A DNA stretch of 63,835 nt, the filler included. It is 6 parts of 6 records of this genome, joined end to end, with 100 filler letters (N's around TTAATTAATTAA, not from the genome) between each part and the next. Parts side by side here need not be neighbours in the genome. Positions count along the whole stretch, not along the records: positions 39,433 to 52,452 come from DRR723986_5141; positions 52,553 to 58,639 come from DRR723986_5145; positions 58,740 to 63,835 come from DRR723986_5418; 3 more parts are not named here. One strand, written 5' to 3'. A model generated the notes under the pieces. The model made no database searches. It saw only the letters and a program-made list of their open reading frames with translations, and was not told the DNA's origin. Positions 52,145-62,365 of this stretch are shown here, piece after piece; positions within the stretch are counted from its first letter, which is position 1; each line of letters starts with the position of its first letter. The translations under genes and the position numbers were made by a program.

Positions 52145-52177
52145 AAAAACACCGGCCAACTCGCGCTGGCCGGTGTT
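52145..52177 (-). terminator. Intrinsic terminator after ahcY
   Basis: AACACCGGCCA-N8-TGGCCGGTGTT with a T-tract on the minus strand. Confidence 0.75.
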
Positions 52178-52202
52178 CCAAAAATTCCCGCAATAACCGC
52201 CC

Positions 52203-52452
52203 TCAGTAGCGGTAATGTTCCGGCTTGAACGGGCCGTCCTGCGACACGCCGATATAGTCGGCCTGATCCTTGGCGAGCACGGTCAGCTTGGCGCCGACCT
52301 TGGCGAGATGCAGGCGGGCGACTTTCTCGTCCAGTTGCTTGGGCAGCACGTAGACCTTGTTCTGGTACTGGTCGCCCTTGGTCCACAGCTCGATCTGCGC
52401 CAGCGTCTGGTTGGTGAAGCTTGCCGACATCACGAAGGACGGGTGGCCGGTG
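52203..52452 (-). CDS. ahcY: Adenosylhomocysteinase (3' end)
   Basis: [21 protein letters not shown]...[14 protein letters not shown]...[10 protein letters not shown]. Confidence 0.97.
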
Positions 52453-52552
52453 NNNNNNNNNNNNNNNNNNNNNNNNNNNNNNNNNNNNNNNNNNNNTTAA
52501 TTAATTAANNNNNNNNNNNNNNNNNNNNNNNNNNNNNNNNNNNNNNNNNNNN
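52453..52552. other. Artificial contig linker
   Basis: 44 N + TTAATTAATTAA + 44 N. Confidence 0.99.
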
Positions 52553-53026
52553 CAGCGGTATTTGGGCCAAGAAGAAGCGCAAAGCGGGGCGCCCCGGTGG
52601 CGGGGTGGGACAGGGCGTGGCCCCGGGTTTACCTTTCATTACGTAAGGTCACTTTCGCTTCGGCCGAAAACCCCGTGCAGGCGCAGCGCAAACGGCCGGA
52701 ACCGGGGGTGAAACCGGCCGGTTTGCCCCTTCCAACCCGTTAGCCTCTCCTGCGATCCGGTAAAGAGGCCTTCGGCGTGGGACACCCGGGCCTTGGCCCC
52801 CTACCAGATCCGGGGCGCGTGCGCTTCGTTCACCACGACTCGCGCCCGCTAAAGAAGGTCTCAACTGCTACACTGTCCGCGCCACACCGCGTTTCCGGCA
52901 CGCGGCGTGTCGCAGGGCCGTCCGGCCGGGCTTCGGGACGGTGGGCGGGGCGGCGTCGAGCGCAGCGAGACCAGCGCCGTTCCCGGCCCGCTTGACCTCT
53001 CCGCCGCGGGCCCTCAGGGTCGCGCC

Positions 53027-53956
53027 ATGCATCCGGATCGCCCCCTCCTCGGCATCGCCTTGATGCTGGGTTTCTGCCTGCTGGCGCCCTTCGGGGATGC
53101 CTTGGCCAAGCTGCTCGGCCCAGAGATGGCGGTGGGGCAACTGGTGCTGCTGCGCTTCGCCTTTCAGGCCGGGCTGCTGGTGCCGCTGGTGCTGCTGACG
53201 GGCCGCGACTGGCGCATGACCCGCCGCGTCGCCCTGCTCGTCGCCGTGCGGAGCGTGCTGCACATCGCTGGGATCGGGCTCATCTTCACGGCGCTCCTCT
53301 ACCTGCCGCTCGCCGATGCCATCGCCATCGCCTATGTGATGCCCTTCATCACCCTGCTGCTCGGCCATTGGGTCTTTGGCGAAGAGGTCGGGCCGCGCCG
53401 CCTGATCGCCTGCGTCCTGGGCTTCGCCGGCACGCTGATGGTGGTGCAGCCCGCCTTTGCCGAGGTCGGCTGGCCGGCGCTTCTGCCGCTTGGCGTCGCG
53501 CTGGTCTTCGCGCTGTTCATGCTGACGACGCGGGCCATCGCGCCCACCACCGATGCCATCGCCCTGCAGGCGGTCTCGGCCCTGATGGCGCTGGCCCTGA
53601 TCGCGCCGGCGCTGCTGCTGTTCCCGGGGGCGCCGGGGCTGGGCTGGACGCCGCCCTCGCCGCGCGGCTGGGGGTTGATCGCCGCCATGGGCATCGCAGG
53701 CACCTTCGCGCATCTGCTGATGACGTGGTCGCTGCGCCATGCGCCCACGGCGACGCTGGCCCCGGTGCAATACCTCGAAATCCCCTTCGCGACGGCCATC
53801 GGCTTTCTGCTGTTCGAGGACCTGCCCGGACCGCTTGCCACGTTGGGGATCGCCGTCACCATGGCTTCGGGGCTCTATGTGATCCTGCGCGAGCATCGCC
53901 TGTCCCGCACCCGCCCCGCGCCGAAGCCGATCCATTCCGGCACGCCTCCGGCCTAG
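53027..53956 (+). CDS. DMT/EamA family transporter
   Basis: DALAKLL, LPLADA, GEEVGPRR, LAPVQYLEI; about 10 TM segments. Confidence 0.9.
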   Translation: MHPDRPLLGIALMLGFCLLAPFGDALAKLLGPEMAVGQLVLLRFAFQAGLLVPLVLLTGRDWRMTRRVALLVAVRSVLHIAGIGLIFTALLYLPLADAIAIAYVMPFITLLLGHWVFGEEVGPRRLIACVLGFAGTLMVVQPAFAEVGWPALLPLGVALVFALFMLTTRAIAPTTDAIALQAVSALMALALIAPALLLFPGAPGLGWTPPSPRGWGLIAAMGIAGTFAHLLMTWSLRHAPTATLAPVQYLEIPFATAIGFLLFEDLPGPLATLGIAVTMASGLYVILREHRLSRTRPAPKPIHSGTPPA

Positions 53957-54684
53957 GGGCGCGGGCGGTCGGCTTGGTCCTGCGGGGCGCCGTCCGTGTC
54001 GCGCGGTTCGGCCGTCTGCCAGCCCGGCGCCGCCTCGAGCCCTGCCAGCAGCGGGTCGAGGCAGCGGTCCGGCAGGATCAGCAGCATCTGCGGCGCGTCC
54101 ATCTCCAGCGTCACCAGGCCCGTCGCCTCGTTCGAGGTTCCGCCCCGCAGGGCCGGCGCGAACTCGAGCCCTCCGATGGGCCAGCGCAGCCCGCCGGAGC
54201 GCCCGGTGACCGGCCCCATGGGAAAGAGCGACACGCGCTCGCCCGCCTCGAGGGCCAGCGACAGCCGGGGCGGGCAGAGGCAGACCACGTCCTCCTCGCC
54301 CACCAGCACGCAACGCCGGTCGGCGCGGCGGGTCAGGACCGTCATCGCGGCAAGCTGGTGGTCGAGACGTTTGCCGAGGAAGCCGTAGCCCAGCACGAGG
54401 GGCGCCGCGATCGACCGCAGCCCCTTGTCGAAGTCGGTGCTGTCCTGCTCCGCGATCTCGTGCAGCACGCCCCGCGGCAGCCGCGCCCGCGCCTTGGCGC
54501 CCAGCGAATCCATGTCGCCGATCACCGCGTCTGGCATGCCGCCGGCGTCCAGCACCGTCTCGGCCCCGCCATCGGCGGCGACCACCACCCGTCCGGCCAT
54601 CGCGCGCTTCAGGGCGGGCAAGTGGCAGGCCCCGCCGCCGACAAGGACCACCGTCCCCGCGCTGTGTACAATCTTATGATTCAT
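53953..54684 (-). CDS. thiN: Thiamine diphosphokinase
   Basis: AADGGA, IGDMDS, EQDSTDFDK, GKRLDH, GLRWP, TSNEA. Confidence 0.92.
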   Translation of the reverse strand: MNHKIVHSAGTVVLVGGGACHLPALKRAMAGRVVVAADGGAETVLDAGGMPDAVIGDMDSLGAKARARLPRGVLHEIAEQDSTDFDKGLRSIAAPLVLGYGFLGKRLDHQLAAMTVLTRRADRRCVLVGEEDVVCLCPPRLSLALEAGERVSLFPMGPVTGRSGGLRWPIGGLEFAPALRGGTSNEATGLVTLEMDAPQMLLILPDRCLDPLLAGLEAAPGWQTAEPRDTDGAPQDQADRPRP

Positions 54685-54822
54685 GTCGAATTAATGGCGC
54701 TTTGGGAAACCGACCACAATCAGGTCACGAAATGATACGCTCTGCGGCACAGATTCGGTCAGCTTTCGTCCCGGTGATCGTAGTAAACACATTGTTGCAA
54801 AACGAATGAAAGTGAGCAGCAC

Positions 54823-57684
54823 ATGGTGAGTTCGAGCAAGATCCTGACGGTGTCCTACGGCACCTTCTCGTGCACCGCCGAAGGGTTCGACGACCCGCTC
54901 GCCGTGGTCAAGGACACCACGCAGTTCTTTCGCGGCGTCGTCGGCGAAGATCGGTTCTTCGGCGCGGAGCCCCCGCAATTCGACCCCGAGCTTGCGACGG
55001 AGTTGATGCGCGAGCAGCTTGGCGCCCGCCACGGCACCGGCACCGTTTCCTTAGGACGCCCCGGCGCCGCCTCGTCCGGCGCGCTGGCCGCCGCGCTTTC
55101 GGCCGGTCCCGCGCGGGCCCGCAGCGCCGCGCCGGCCCTGCCCGACGACGACACCATAGAGGCCACCGCCGTCCTGTCGGAGCGTCCGCTCGCCGAGACC
55201 CCGGTCGCGGCCGGGGCGGATGACGGGCTGACCGCAGCCCTCTTCGACCAGCCCCTGACCGAGGCCGTGGCGCAGCCCGACCCCGGGCTGGACGCCGCCC
55301 CCGCCGCAGGATTGTGCGCCGACCCCGAGGCGACCGCGCCCCTCGTGGACGCGGCGCCGGACGGCGGGTTGACGCCCGCGCACGACGTTACGTCACTGGC
55401 AAATCTGTCACAACCCGAGGCGCCGCTGTCCGCTGGTTCCACGGACGCCATTGCCCCCTCCGCCGACATGGGGGACACCCCGCAGACCGCGGTCGAGGCT
55501 GCCACCCCGATCGCGGTGCCCGAGGCAGCGGCCTTGGTGGAGGACGCGCCTGCTCCGCGTTCCTCCGAGCCGCAGGGAATCGCCGCCAAACTCGACCGCA
55601 TCCGCGCGGTCGTGGCGGGGAACGCCACGGCACCCGTGGCCGCTGCCGCCGCCGCAGCCGGTCCGCTCATGGCGGACTCGGTCGCGGCCTTCGCCCCCGA
55701 ACCGCAGGCCGCGCCCCTGGCCGATGACGCGTCGGACTGGACCGAGGCGGAACCGCAGGCCGATGCCGACGCGCAGGCCGCAAGCGTGGCACAGCCCACC
55801 GCTGACGCGCAGCCCGTTGCGGACGTGCAACCCTTCGCCGAGGTGCAGTCTTTCGACGAGGTGCGCGATGCCGAGGCGCAGGACGATACCGGAGAGGCCC
55901 GGGACTGGGACGAGGTCGACGACACCGCGCTGACTGCTCTGCTGGACGAATTCGACTCCGAGGCCATGGAGGCCGAGACCGAGATCGAGACGCCCGCGGC
56001 GGATGACGCCGACGACCGCCACTTCGCGGATTCCATCGCCAGCCTGATGGCCGGGGACCGGGCGGAGGAGGACAGCGCCGACGCGTCGACGCCCTTGGAC
56101 CAGCCGGCTGCGGTCGCGGCCTGGGACATGGACGGCGAGGACGATCGCCAGCCCTCCGAATCCTTCGACGATGCCGAGATCGCGGATGCTCCGGCCACCG
56201 CAGCCCTCTTCGACGGGGACGATCGGGACGAGGACTTCGGGGAGGATGACTCCGAGGACGAGGACGTCGCCGAAGCCCCGGTTCAGACCGCGCCGAAGCC
56301 CGCCCCGACCCCGATCCGCGCCCGCGTGGTCAAGGTCAAGCGCGCCGATTTCGAAAGGGCCGTGGCCTCCGGCGCTCTCGAAGAGGTCGAAGACGATCCG
56401 CAACCGGCGCAGGGCAGCAGCCTCTCGGACGAGGAAGAGGCGGAACTGGCCCGCGAACTCGCCGCCGTGAAGGCGGAGCTTTCCGCAGGGTTCGAGGATT
56501 GGGACGACGAGGAAGAGGACGTCCCGGCCTCCGCATCCGCCGCAGCCGACTACGATGACGAGGATGAGGACGAACCGCGCTCGACGCTCGAGGACCGCGA
56601 CGACGCCGAAGAGGCCTTCGCCTTCGACGACGACCTCGACGACGAGGATGAGGACGACAACGACCGCGCCCGGTCCGTAAAGGACGACGAGGACGAGGAG
56701 GACGATTTCGACGCCCGCCTAACCGCCGCCGCCGCCCGCGCCGCCGCCGTGCCGGATCAAGAGGCCGCACCGCTGCGCCTCGACAATCCCGTGAGCCGCC
56801 CGAATCGCGACTGGGGCATGGACATCGACGCCCTGGACGCCAAGGCCTCTGCCGCGCTCGGCAAAGGCACGCAGGCCGAGGACGAGGATCTCGAGACCGA
56901 GGTCGCCATCGACGAGGCGGTCCGCGACAGCGCCCGCAAGGCGGTCAAGATGGCCAGCCCCGCCCGCGCCATGCTGACGGAACGCGAGGTCGCGGATCAG
57001 GACACCTCGCGGCTGATCGACCAGACCAATTCGGAGATGGACGAGCCCGAAGGCAACCGCCGCCGCTCCGCCATCGCGCATCTGCGCGCGGCGGTCGCCG
57101 CGACCAAGGCCGACCGGCTGCTGGGGCGCAAGGCGCAACCCGCCGACGAAGAGGAGGCCTACCGCGAGGATCTGGCCAGCGTCGTCCGCCCGCGCCGCCC
57201 GCAGGCCCCTTCGGAGCGGACCGAGCGTCCGGCCCAGCCCGCGGCCCCGCTGAAGCTGGTGGCAGAGCAGCGCGTGGCCGAGACGCCCGCCCCCGCCGCG
57301 ACACCGCAGACGGTGCCGATCCGTCCGCGCCGGGTGCGCCGCGCGGCAGAGGCCCCCTCCCCGCGCGAGATGGCGCCGGTTCACGGGATCGAGGACGACG
57401 CCTCGGGGTTCGCGGCCTATGCCGAAAGCGTGGGCGCCGCCGACCTGCCCGACCTGCTGGAAGCCGCCGCCGCCTACATGTCCTACGTCGAGGGCCGCGA
57501 CCAGTTCTCCCGCCCGCAGCTGATGACCACGGTGCGTCAGGCCGAGGTCACGGAATCGAGCCGCGAGGACCGGCTGCGCAGCTTTGGCCAGCTTCTGCGC
57601 GAGGGCAAGATCCGCAAGACCACCGGCGGACGGTTCACGGCCTCCGAGCGCATCAGCTTCCGTCCCGACCGCGAAGCCGTCTGA
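54823..57684 (+). CDS. Large acidic low-complexity protein with structured termini (953 aa)
   Basis: N-terminal KILTVSYGTFSCT.EGFDD..FFGAEPP; C-terminal LLEAAAAY..VEG..FSRPQLM..LRSFGQLLREG; D/E/A/P-rich middle; strong GC3 bias. Confidence 0.85.
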   Translation: MVSSSKILTVSYGTFSCTAEGFDDPLAVVKDTTQFFRGVVGEDRFFGAEPPQFDPELATELMREQLGARHGTGTVSLGRPGAASSGALAAALSAGPARARSAAPALPDDDTIEATAVLSERPLAETPVAAGADDGLTAALFDQPLTEAVAQPDPGLDAAPAAGLCADPEATAPLVDAAPDGGLTPAHDVTSLANLSQPEAPLSAGSTDAIAPSADMGDTPQTAVEAATPIAVPEAAALVEDAPAPRSSEPQGIAAKLDRIRAVVAGNATAPVAAAAAAAGPLMADSVAAFAPEPQAAPLADDASDWTEAEPQADADAQAASVAQPTADAQPVADVQPFAEVQSFDEVRDAEAQDDTGEARDWDEVDDTALTALLDEFDSEAMEAETEIETPAADDADDRHFADSIASLMAGDRAEEDSADASTPLDQPAAVAAWDMDGEDDRQPSESFDDAEIADAPATAALFDGDDRDEDFGEDDSEDEDVAEAPVQTAPKPAPTPIRARVVKVKRADFERAVASGALEEVEDDPQPAQGSSLSDEEEAELARELAAVKAELSAGFEDWDDEEEDVPASASAAADYDDEDEDEPRSTLEDRDDAEEAFAFDDDLDDEDEDDNDRARSVKDDEDEEDDFDARLTAAAARAAAVPDQEAAPLRLDNPVSRPNRDWGMDIDALDAKASAALGKGTQAEDEDLETEVAIDEAVRDSARKAVKMASPARAMLTEREVADQDTSRLIDQTNSEMDEPEGNRRRSAIAHLRAAVAATKADRLLGRKAQPADEEEAYREDLASVVRPRRPQAPSERTERPAQPAAPLKLVAEQRVAETPAPAATPQTVPIRPRRVRRAAEAPSPREMAPVHGIEDDASGFAAYAESVGAADLPDLLEAAAAYMSYVEGRDQFSRPQLMTTVRQAEVTESSREDRLRSFGQLLREGKIRKTTGGRFTASERISFRPDREAV

Positions 57685-57752
57685 TCCGGGCGGCCCCCGC
57701 GCGGTCCCGGCCGGTGGGACCCGCACGCCCCGACAGCATAATGGCAGGACAT

Positions 57753-57794
57753 CCCGCCCGCCGCCCGCATCCGGGCCGGCGGGCGGGCGCTTTT
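57753..57794 (+). terminator. Intrinsic terminator
   Basis: CCCGCCCGCCG...CGGCGGGCGGG followed by CGCTTTT. Confidence 0.6.
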
Positions 57795-57936
57795 CGGCGC
57801 AGCCGGAACAGGGCCGCCCCCGGACCTGCCGCCCCGGCGCCCCACCGCCCATGCGACCGCCGGGGCAAACCCCGCTTGCACCCTGCGGCCCGATCCCATA
57901 CATCACCCCAAAACCGAGACCGATGCACTGGGCCCC

Positions 57937-58308
57937 ATGGAAAACGTCATCCTGATCATCCACCTTCTCCTTGCCCTCGGCCTGATCGGGGTCGTGTTGC
58001 TGCAACGATCCGAAGGCGGTGGCCTTGGCATGGGTGGCGGCGGCGGCGCGATGAGCGCCCGCAGCCAGGCCACGGCCCTCGGCAAGGTGACGTGGATCCT
58101 TGCCATCGCCTTCATCGTGACCTCGATCACGCTGACGATGCTGGCCGCGCGCAATGCCTCCGGCTCCTCGATCCTCGACCGTCTGGGCAATGGCCCGGCG
58201 GCAGAACAATCGGACGACAGCGGCGCACCGGCGCTCGACTTCGACCTTCCGCCGCCTGCCGCGGACGAAGGCGATGCCGACGCCCCCCTGACGCCCCGCG
58301 CCGACTGA
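57937..58308 (+). CDS. secG: Preprotein translocase subunit SecG
   Basis: LIGVVLLQRSEGGGLG, LGKVTWILA. Upstream of pyrG. Confidence 0.95.
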   Translation: MENVILIIHLLLALGLIGVVLLQRSEGGGLGMGGGGGAMSARSQATALGKVTWILAIAFIVTSITLTMLAARNASGSSILDRLGNGPAAEQSDDSGAPALDFDLPPPAADEGDADAPLTPRAD

Positions 58309-58500
58309 TCCACCAGACTTTGCCTGAACATAACCGACCGCAACAGCATCTTGCGGTCGGCTGGACAAACCGTTCCGAATCCGCTAAGCGTCAAATCCCG
58401 TGATGCTGCCGTCCCAAGGGGCGGCGGGATGGCAAGACATTGGCCCGATCTCCGACAGGACATGGGTCAGAACACAGTCAGAATTCACGGGGTCGCCCAC

Positions 58501-58639
58501 ATGGCACGCTTCATCTTCATCACCGGCGGTGTGGTTTCTTCGCTCGGCAAAGGCCTTGCCTCTGCGGCGCTTGGCGCGCTTCTGCAGGCGCGCGGCTACT
58601 CGGTCCGCCTGCGCAAGCTCGACCCCTATCTGAACGTCG
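58501..58639 (+). CDS. pyrG: CTP synthase (5' part)
   Basis: [18 protein letters not shown]...KLDPYLNV. Confidence 0.97.
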
Positions 58640-58739
58640 NNNNNNNNNNNNNNNNNNNNNNNNNNNNNNNNNNNNNNNNNNNNTTAATTAATTAANNNNN
58701 NNNNNNNNNNNNNNNNNNNNNNNNNNNNNNNNNNNNNNN
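58640..58739. other. Artificial contig linker
   Basis: 44 N + TTAATTAATTAA + 44 N. Confidence 0.99.
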
Positions 58740-58930
58740 TCCCCACTTACAAATTGCAAGATTGTCCGCACTCAATACAAGGCAAATACATTCAGCGTTA
58801 CAAATATTAACAAAACAGTGGAGCTTCTCGCCGACGACGTAAGGCGCAACGTTTGAGTAAGCAAAAATGTGCCGCATCCCGTAGCTTTTGAGTTCGGGCT
58901 GAGTATCTGCTCAATGAACCGCTTTGCCCA

Positions 58931-60574
58931 CTAACTTATTTGCAACCACAGAGTTTTGAGGTAGGCCGGCTCATGCCGTGTAATGCTGAAGTCGGGTGGC
59001 TGTGCCTGGTAGTGCTCCTGGACAACCTGGCGGCCCGTCTGTGCTACCGCGGCTTTAACGGCATCCAGGAACTGCATGGCGGGCCAGTTTAAAGCGTTGC
59101 TGCCCACCAGCAGAACGCCATTGTCGTTTAAGACTGTCAGTGCCTGTTTAACCAGACGGTCTATGTCTTTTGAGACGCGGAAGACACCGCGCTTTGAGCG
59201 CGAAAACGTGGGTGGGTCGAGCACAACAAGGTCAAATTTACGCTTGTGCCGGCCGAAAATCTTAAACCACTCAAAGACATCGCCATACAGAAACTCATGG
59301 TCAGCCGGATCCAGACCATTTAACTCAAAATTGCGTTTGCCCCAGTCCAGATATTTGCGCGAAAGATCCACCGAAACGGTGCTGCTACCGGCAAGAGCGG
59401 CACACACGGAAAAGGCGCATGTATACGCAAATGTGTTTAACACGGTCGGCTTTGTTTCAGCGCTGGACTCGAGGCTCTTCATCACCTGAAAACCGGGTTT
59501 AACATAATTGTTCAGCAGGCGTCGGCGATTGTCGCGTTGATCCAAAAACAAACCAACAGAATACCCCTCGTTAAAACGCAGCTCATAGTTAACACCGTTC
59601 TCGCGTACCGTGGTTAACTCAGAATCGACTGAACCGCGCCACAGTTTGGGAGAGTTGTCTTTTTGCGCCGTAGACCCGGGCTGTGTTTTTAATTGTTTAA
59701 TATAAATCGCGTGTTCTGGATACTGCTCTGCGAGTTTAGCGGCAGCTTTTTTTGTGCGGGCCTCGCTGGTTCCGGTCTGCACTAAAATTCGGTCCGCATG
59801 TACGTCAGCATAGATATCGGCATGGCCGTGTGATGCGCCATGCAGCAGACGCCAGGTTGTAGTAAGCTCAGGCTGCACAATCGTCTGCTGTAGCGCAGAT
59901 TGCTGCATTCCGGCGTCTTGCTCAAAAGGATGTGGTGCCACCAGATTGAGCGGACTGCCATCCGCCGGGTGTGTGACCTGGAGTTCCTCAGAATGCAGCA
60001 TCAGGCGCGGGGCGTTTGCATTGTTGCTGCCATACTCGGCATCTCCGCACACCGCAATGCCGGCATGTGCGGCGTGGATGCGCACCTGATGTGTGCGTCC
60101 CGTTTCCGGAAAGGCCAGGTATTCGTGCACGCCGGCTTCCGAGGTCACATGCTTAAAGTGTGTTCTGGCTGGGCGTTTTTCGTCCTTTGATCCCTGCACA
60201 CTCAGCTCCAGGTCTACGGAGAACGACTTTTTGGCGTGGCGCTGGAAGCTGCGCATGCGGTAGACCTTGCGAATCGTCCTGCCGCTGAACTGTTCCGTCA
60301 GCGATTGATTGGCGCGGCGTGTTTTGCTAAACAGCAGCACACCGGAAGTTTCCTTGTCCAGCCTGTGAATAATAGCGAGGTCGGCCCAGCGTGCCTGGCG
60401 ATTGCGCAGCCACTCGTAAATACCGTCGCCACCAAAATGTGCCGCACTGTGGGTGTTCCAGCCGGAGGGCTTGTTAACAGCCAGCAGGTCATCATCTTCG
60501 TGGATTATCAGTTGTGGGCCGTGATCATTTGTAAGATCAGGCAGGCTATCGGCAAGGCGTGTTGTTGTTTGCAT
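58931..60574 (-). CDS. RluA-family pseudouridine synthase fused to RlmI/RlmK-like SAM methyltransferase
   Basis: N-half VNKPSG, HRLDKETSG, TGRTHQVR, LMLHS; C-half GLFLDQRDNR, LNTFAYT, VDLSRKYLDWG, LDPPTFS. Confidence 0.92.
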   Translation of the reverse strand: MQTTTRLADSLPDLTNDHGPQLIIHEDDDLLAVNKPSGWNTHSAAHFGGDGIYEWLRNRQARWADLAIIHRLDKETSGVLLFSKTRRANQSLTEQFSGRTIRKVYRMRSFQRHAKKSFSVDLELSVQGSKDEKRPARTHFKHVTSEAGVHEYLAFPETGRTHQVRIHAAHAGIAVCGDAEYGSNNANAPRLMLHSEELQVTHPADGSPLNLVAPHPFEQDAGMQQSALQQTIVQPELTTTWRLLHGASHGHADIYADVHADRILVQTGTSEARTKKAAAKLAEQYPEHAIYIKQLKTQPGSTAQKDNSPKLWRGSVDSELTTVRENGVNYELRFNEGYSVGLFLDQRDNRRRLLNNYVKPGFQVMKSLESSAETKPTVLNTFAYTCAFSVCAALAGSSTVSVDLSRKYLDWGKRNFELNGLDPADHEFLYGDVFEWFKIFGRHKRKFDLVVLDPPTFSRSKRGVFRVSKDIDRLVKQALTVLNDNGVLLVGSNALNWPAMQFLDAVKAAVAQTGRQVVQEHYQAQPPDFSITRHEPAYLKTLWLQIS

Positions 60575-60763
60575 TTACGAAATTATGGAGAAAGACGGCG
60601 GCGTGCAACATGACCTTAACAATATCTACACTGGTTCAATCGGTATTGGTTTGATTGCTGCCCTGTGTCATTGTAGCTTTGCCGTTGATGTGCTTGGCTC
60701 GGCCGGCAGAGCGCACCCCTGGTGCGGGCCGCTACTCTAATTTTAAGACCTGGTATCGATGTT

Positions 60764-61777
60764 ATGAAGATAAATATCCTTGATCAATCGCCGGTAACGG
60801 CCAGCAGTTCACCGCGCGAGGCTATTCAGCAGACACTTGACCTGGCCGTGGCTGCGGACAAACTGGGTTACCATCGCTTTTGGGTGTCGGAACACCATAA
60901 CTCAATGAGTTTTGCTTCGGCAAGTCCAGAAATTATGATGACGCGGATTGCTTCGATGACGCAGAACATCCGCGTTGGCAGTGGTGGTGTTTTACTGGGG
61001 CATTACAGTCCACTCAAAGTGGCTGAACAGTTCCGTGTTTTGGAGTCGATGTTCCCCGGCCGTATTGATCTGGGCCTGGGGCGTGCCACGGGAGCCGACA
61101 AACGTGCAACGAGTGCTTTGCAGGATGGTCCGGTTACGCCGGACGGCGGTTTTGCCAAAGTTGCCGAACTGCGCCGCCTGCTGGATGCGGCCCCGAGTGT
61201 GGACGAAACATACAATAGCGTGCAGGCCTCACCTGCGATTGACGGAAAACCCGAGCTGTGGATTCTGGGGACCAGCCCCGGCAGTGCCAAATATGCCGGT
61301 GAGAATGGTCTGCCCTATGCCTTTGGTGCATTTATTAATCACGAACATGTGCTGGCGGCACTCGAAACCTATCACACGTCTTTCAGGCCGTCAGAGGTTT
61401 TGCAGAAGCCGCATGTGAACCTGGCGCTGTTTGCCGTGTGCTGTGATACGGAAGCGCGCGCCAAAGAAGTGATCAAGAGTTCTGAACTGTGGGTTGTGCG
61501 CAGCTTTATGCATGGCCGCAATGTTGTGTTCCCCAGTGTCAAAGAAGCCAAAGCGCACAGCTTTGCGCCGGCGGAAGAACTTATGCTGCAGTTTCGGCGC
61601 CAGGCCGCTTTTTATGGCTCGCCCGAAGCCGTGGTACCAAAACTGCAGCAGATGGCCAACAATCTGATGGTCAATGAAATGACGATTGTGACAATCACGG
61701 ACTCATTTGAGGACCGGATGCGTTCTTACGAAATCTTGGCCGACGCGCTGATAGCAGCTCCGGCCGTTGCCGGCTGA
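60764..61777 (+). CDS. Luciferase-like (LLM) flavin-dependent oxidoreductase
   Basis: ILDQSP, GYHRFWVSEHH, RVGSGGVLL.HYSPLKVAEQF, GRIDLGLGRA. Confidence 0.93.
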   Translation: MKINILDQSPVTASSSPREAIQQTLDLAVAADKLGYHRFWVSEHHNSMSFASASPEIMMTRIASMTQNIRVGSGGVLLGHYSPLKVAEQFRVLESMFPGRIDLGLGRATGADKRATSALQDGPVTPDGGFAKVAELRRLLDAAPSVDETYNSVQASPAIDGKPELWILGTSPGSAKYAGENGLPYAFGAFINHEHVLAALETYHTSFRPSEVLQKPHVNLALFAVCCDTEARAKEVIKSSELWVVRSFMHGRNVVFPSVKEAKAHSFAPAEELMLQFRRQAAFYGSPEAVVPKLQQMANNLMVNEMTIVTITDSFEDRMRSYEILADALIAAPAVAG

Positions 61778-61796
61778 CGTGCAGCTGGAAGCCTGA

Positions 61797-62255
61797 TCAG
61801 GTGCGAGATCTATCGACATTCTCTGCCAGATCCTGTAGGGCTTCAGCACTGTATTCCGCTGCAAACTCCGCAGAGGGTGGAATCAGCTTTATGACGTCAA
61901 TCAATACGCCGTTGGGATCGCTGGTGATAAAGTGCCGCTGACCCCAGGCCTCGTCTCTCAAAGACCGATGGATTGGCAGATTGGCGGCCTGCACGCGCGC
62001 ATGTACAGCGTCTACGTCCTGCAGTTCTATGTTAAGTATGAGGCCGCCACTGAATTCGCGGCGGAAGGCTTCAGGTACGCTGCTGTGATGCGGATCAAGG
62101 AGCGCCATCTGGAAGCTGTGATTATGTGTGCTGCGCATACTAATGTACCAGTCGTTTTCAAACGTGATTTCCATGCCGATGTGCGTCAGGTAGAAATCAC
62201 GTGACTCTTGTAAACGAGTAGTTCCAATCACTGGATACATGCAATCGAAATTCAT
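61797..62255 (-). CDS. VOC / glyoxalase family protein
   Basis: [37 protein letters not shown]. Confidence 0.9.
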   Translation of the reverse strand: MNFDCMYPVIGTTRLQESRDFYLTHIGMEITFENDWYISMRSTHNHSFQMALLDPHHSSVPEAFRREFSGGLILNIELQDVDAVHARVQAANLPIHRSLRDEAWGQRHFITSDPNGVLIDVIKLIPPSAEFAAEYSAEALQDLAENVDRSRT

Positions 62256-62315
62256 GGTTCTGTCCTTTCAGTAGAAACCTCTCCAGATACGAGAGGTCGT
62301 CATTTTTGCAATTCG

Positions 62316-62365
62316 CATACAGAGTGTATGTATCTGTGGCAATATAACACATACATGCTGTATGT
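62316..62365. promoter_or_regulatory. Two TetR operator palindromes
   Basis: CATACA-GAG-TGTATG (62316-62330) and ACATACA-TGC-TGTATGT (62349-62365). Confidence 0.8.

Noticed and set aside
52553-52580. GGTATTTGGGCCAAGAAGAAG resembling an interspersed Rhodobacteraceae repeat end
   Set aside because: Single copy at a contig edge; the resemblance rests on memory only and cannot be supported from this window.
52640-52900. GC-rich hairpins upstream of the DMT gene as a riboswitch (TPP, given nearby thiN) or ncRNA
   Set aside because: No TPP core motifs or other recognisable RNA family signature found; hairpins are expected at this GC content.
58740-58877. Short Cys-rich ORF at the start of contig 6
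   Set aside because: AT-rich, no RBS or motif, runs into the linker; more likely intergenic.
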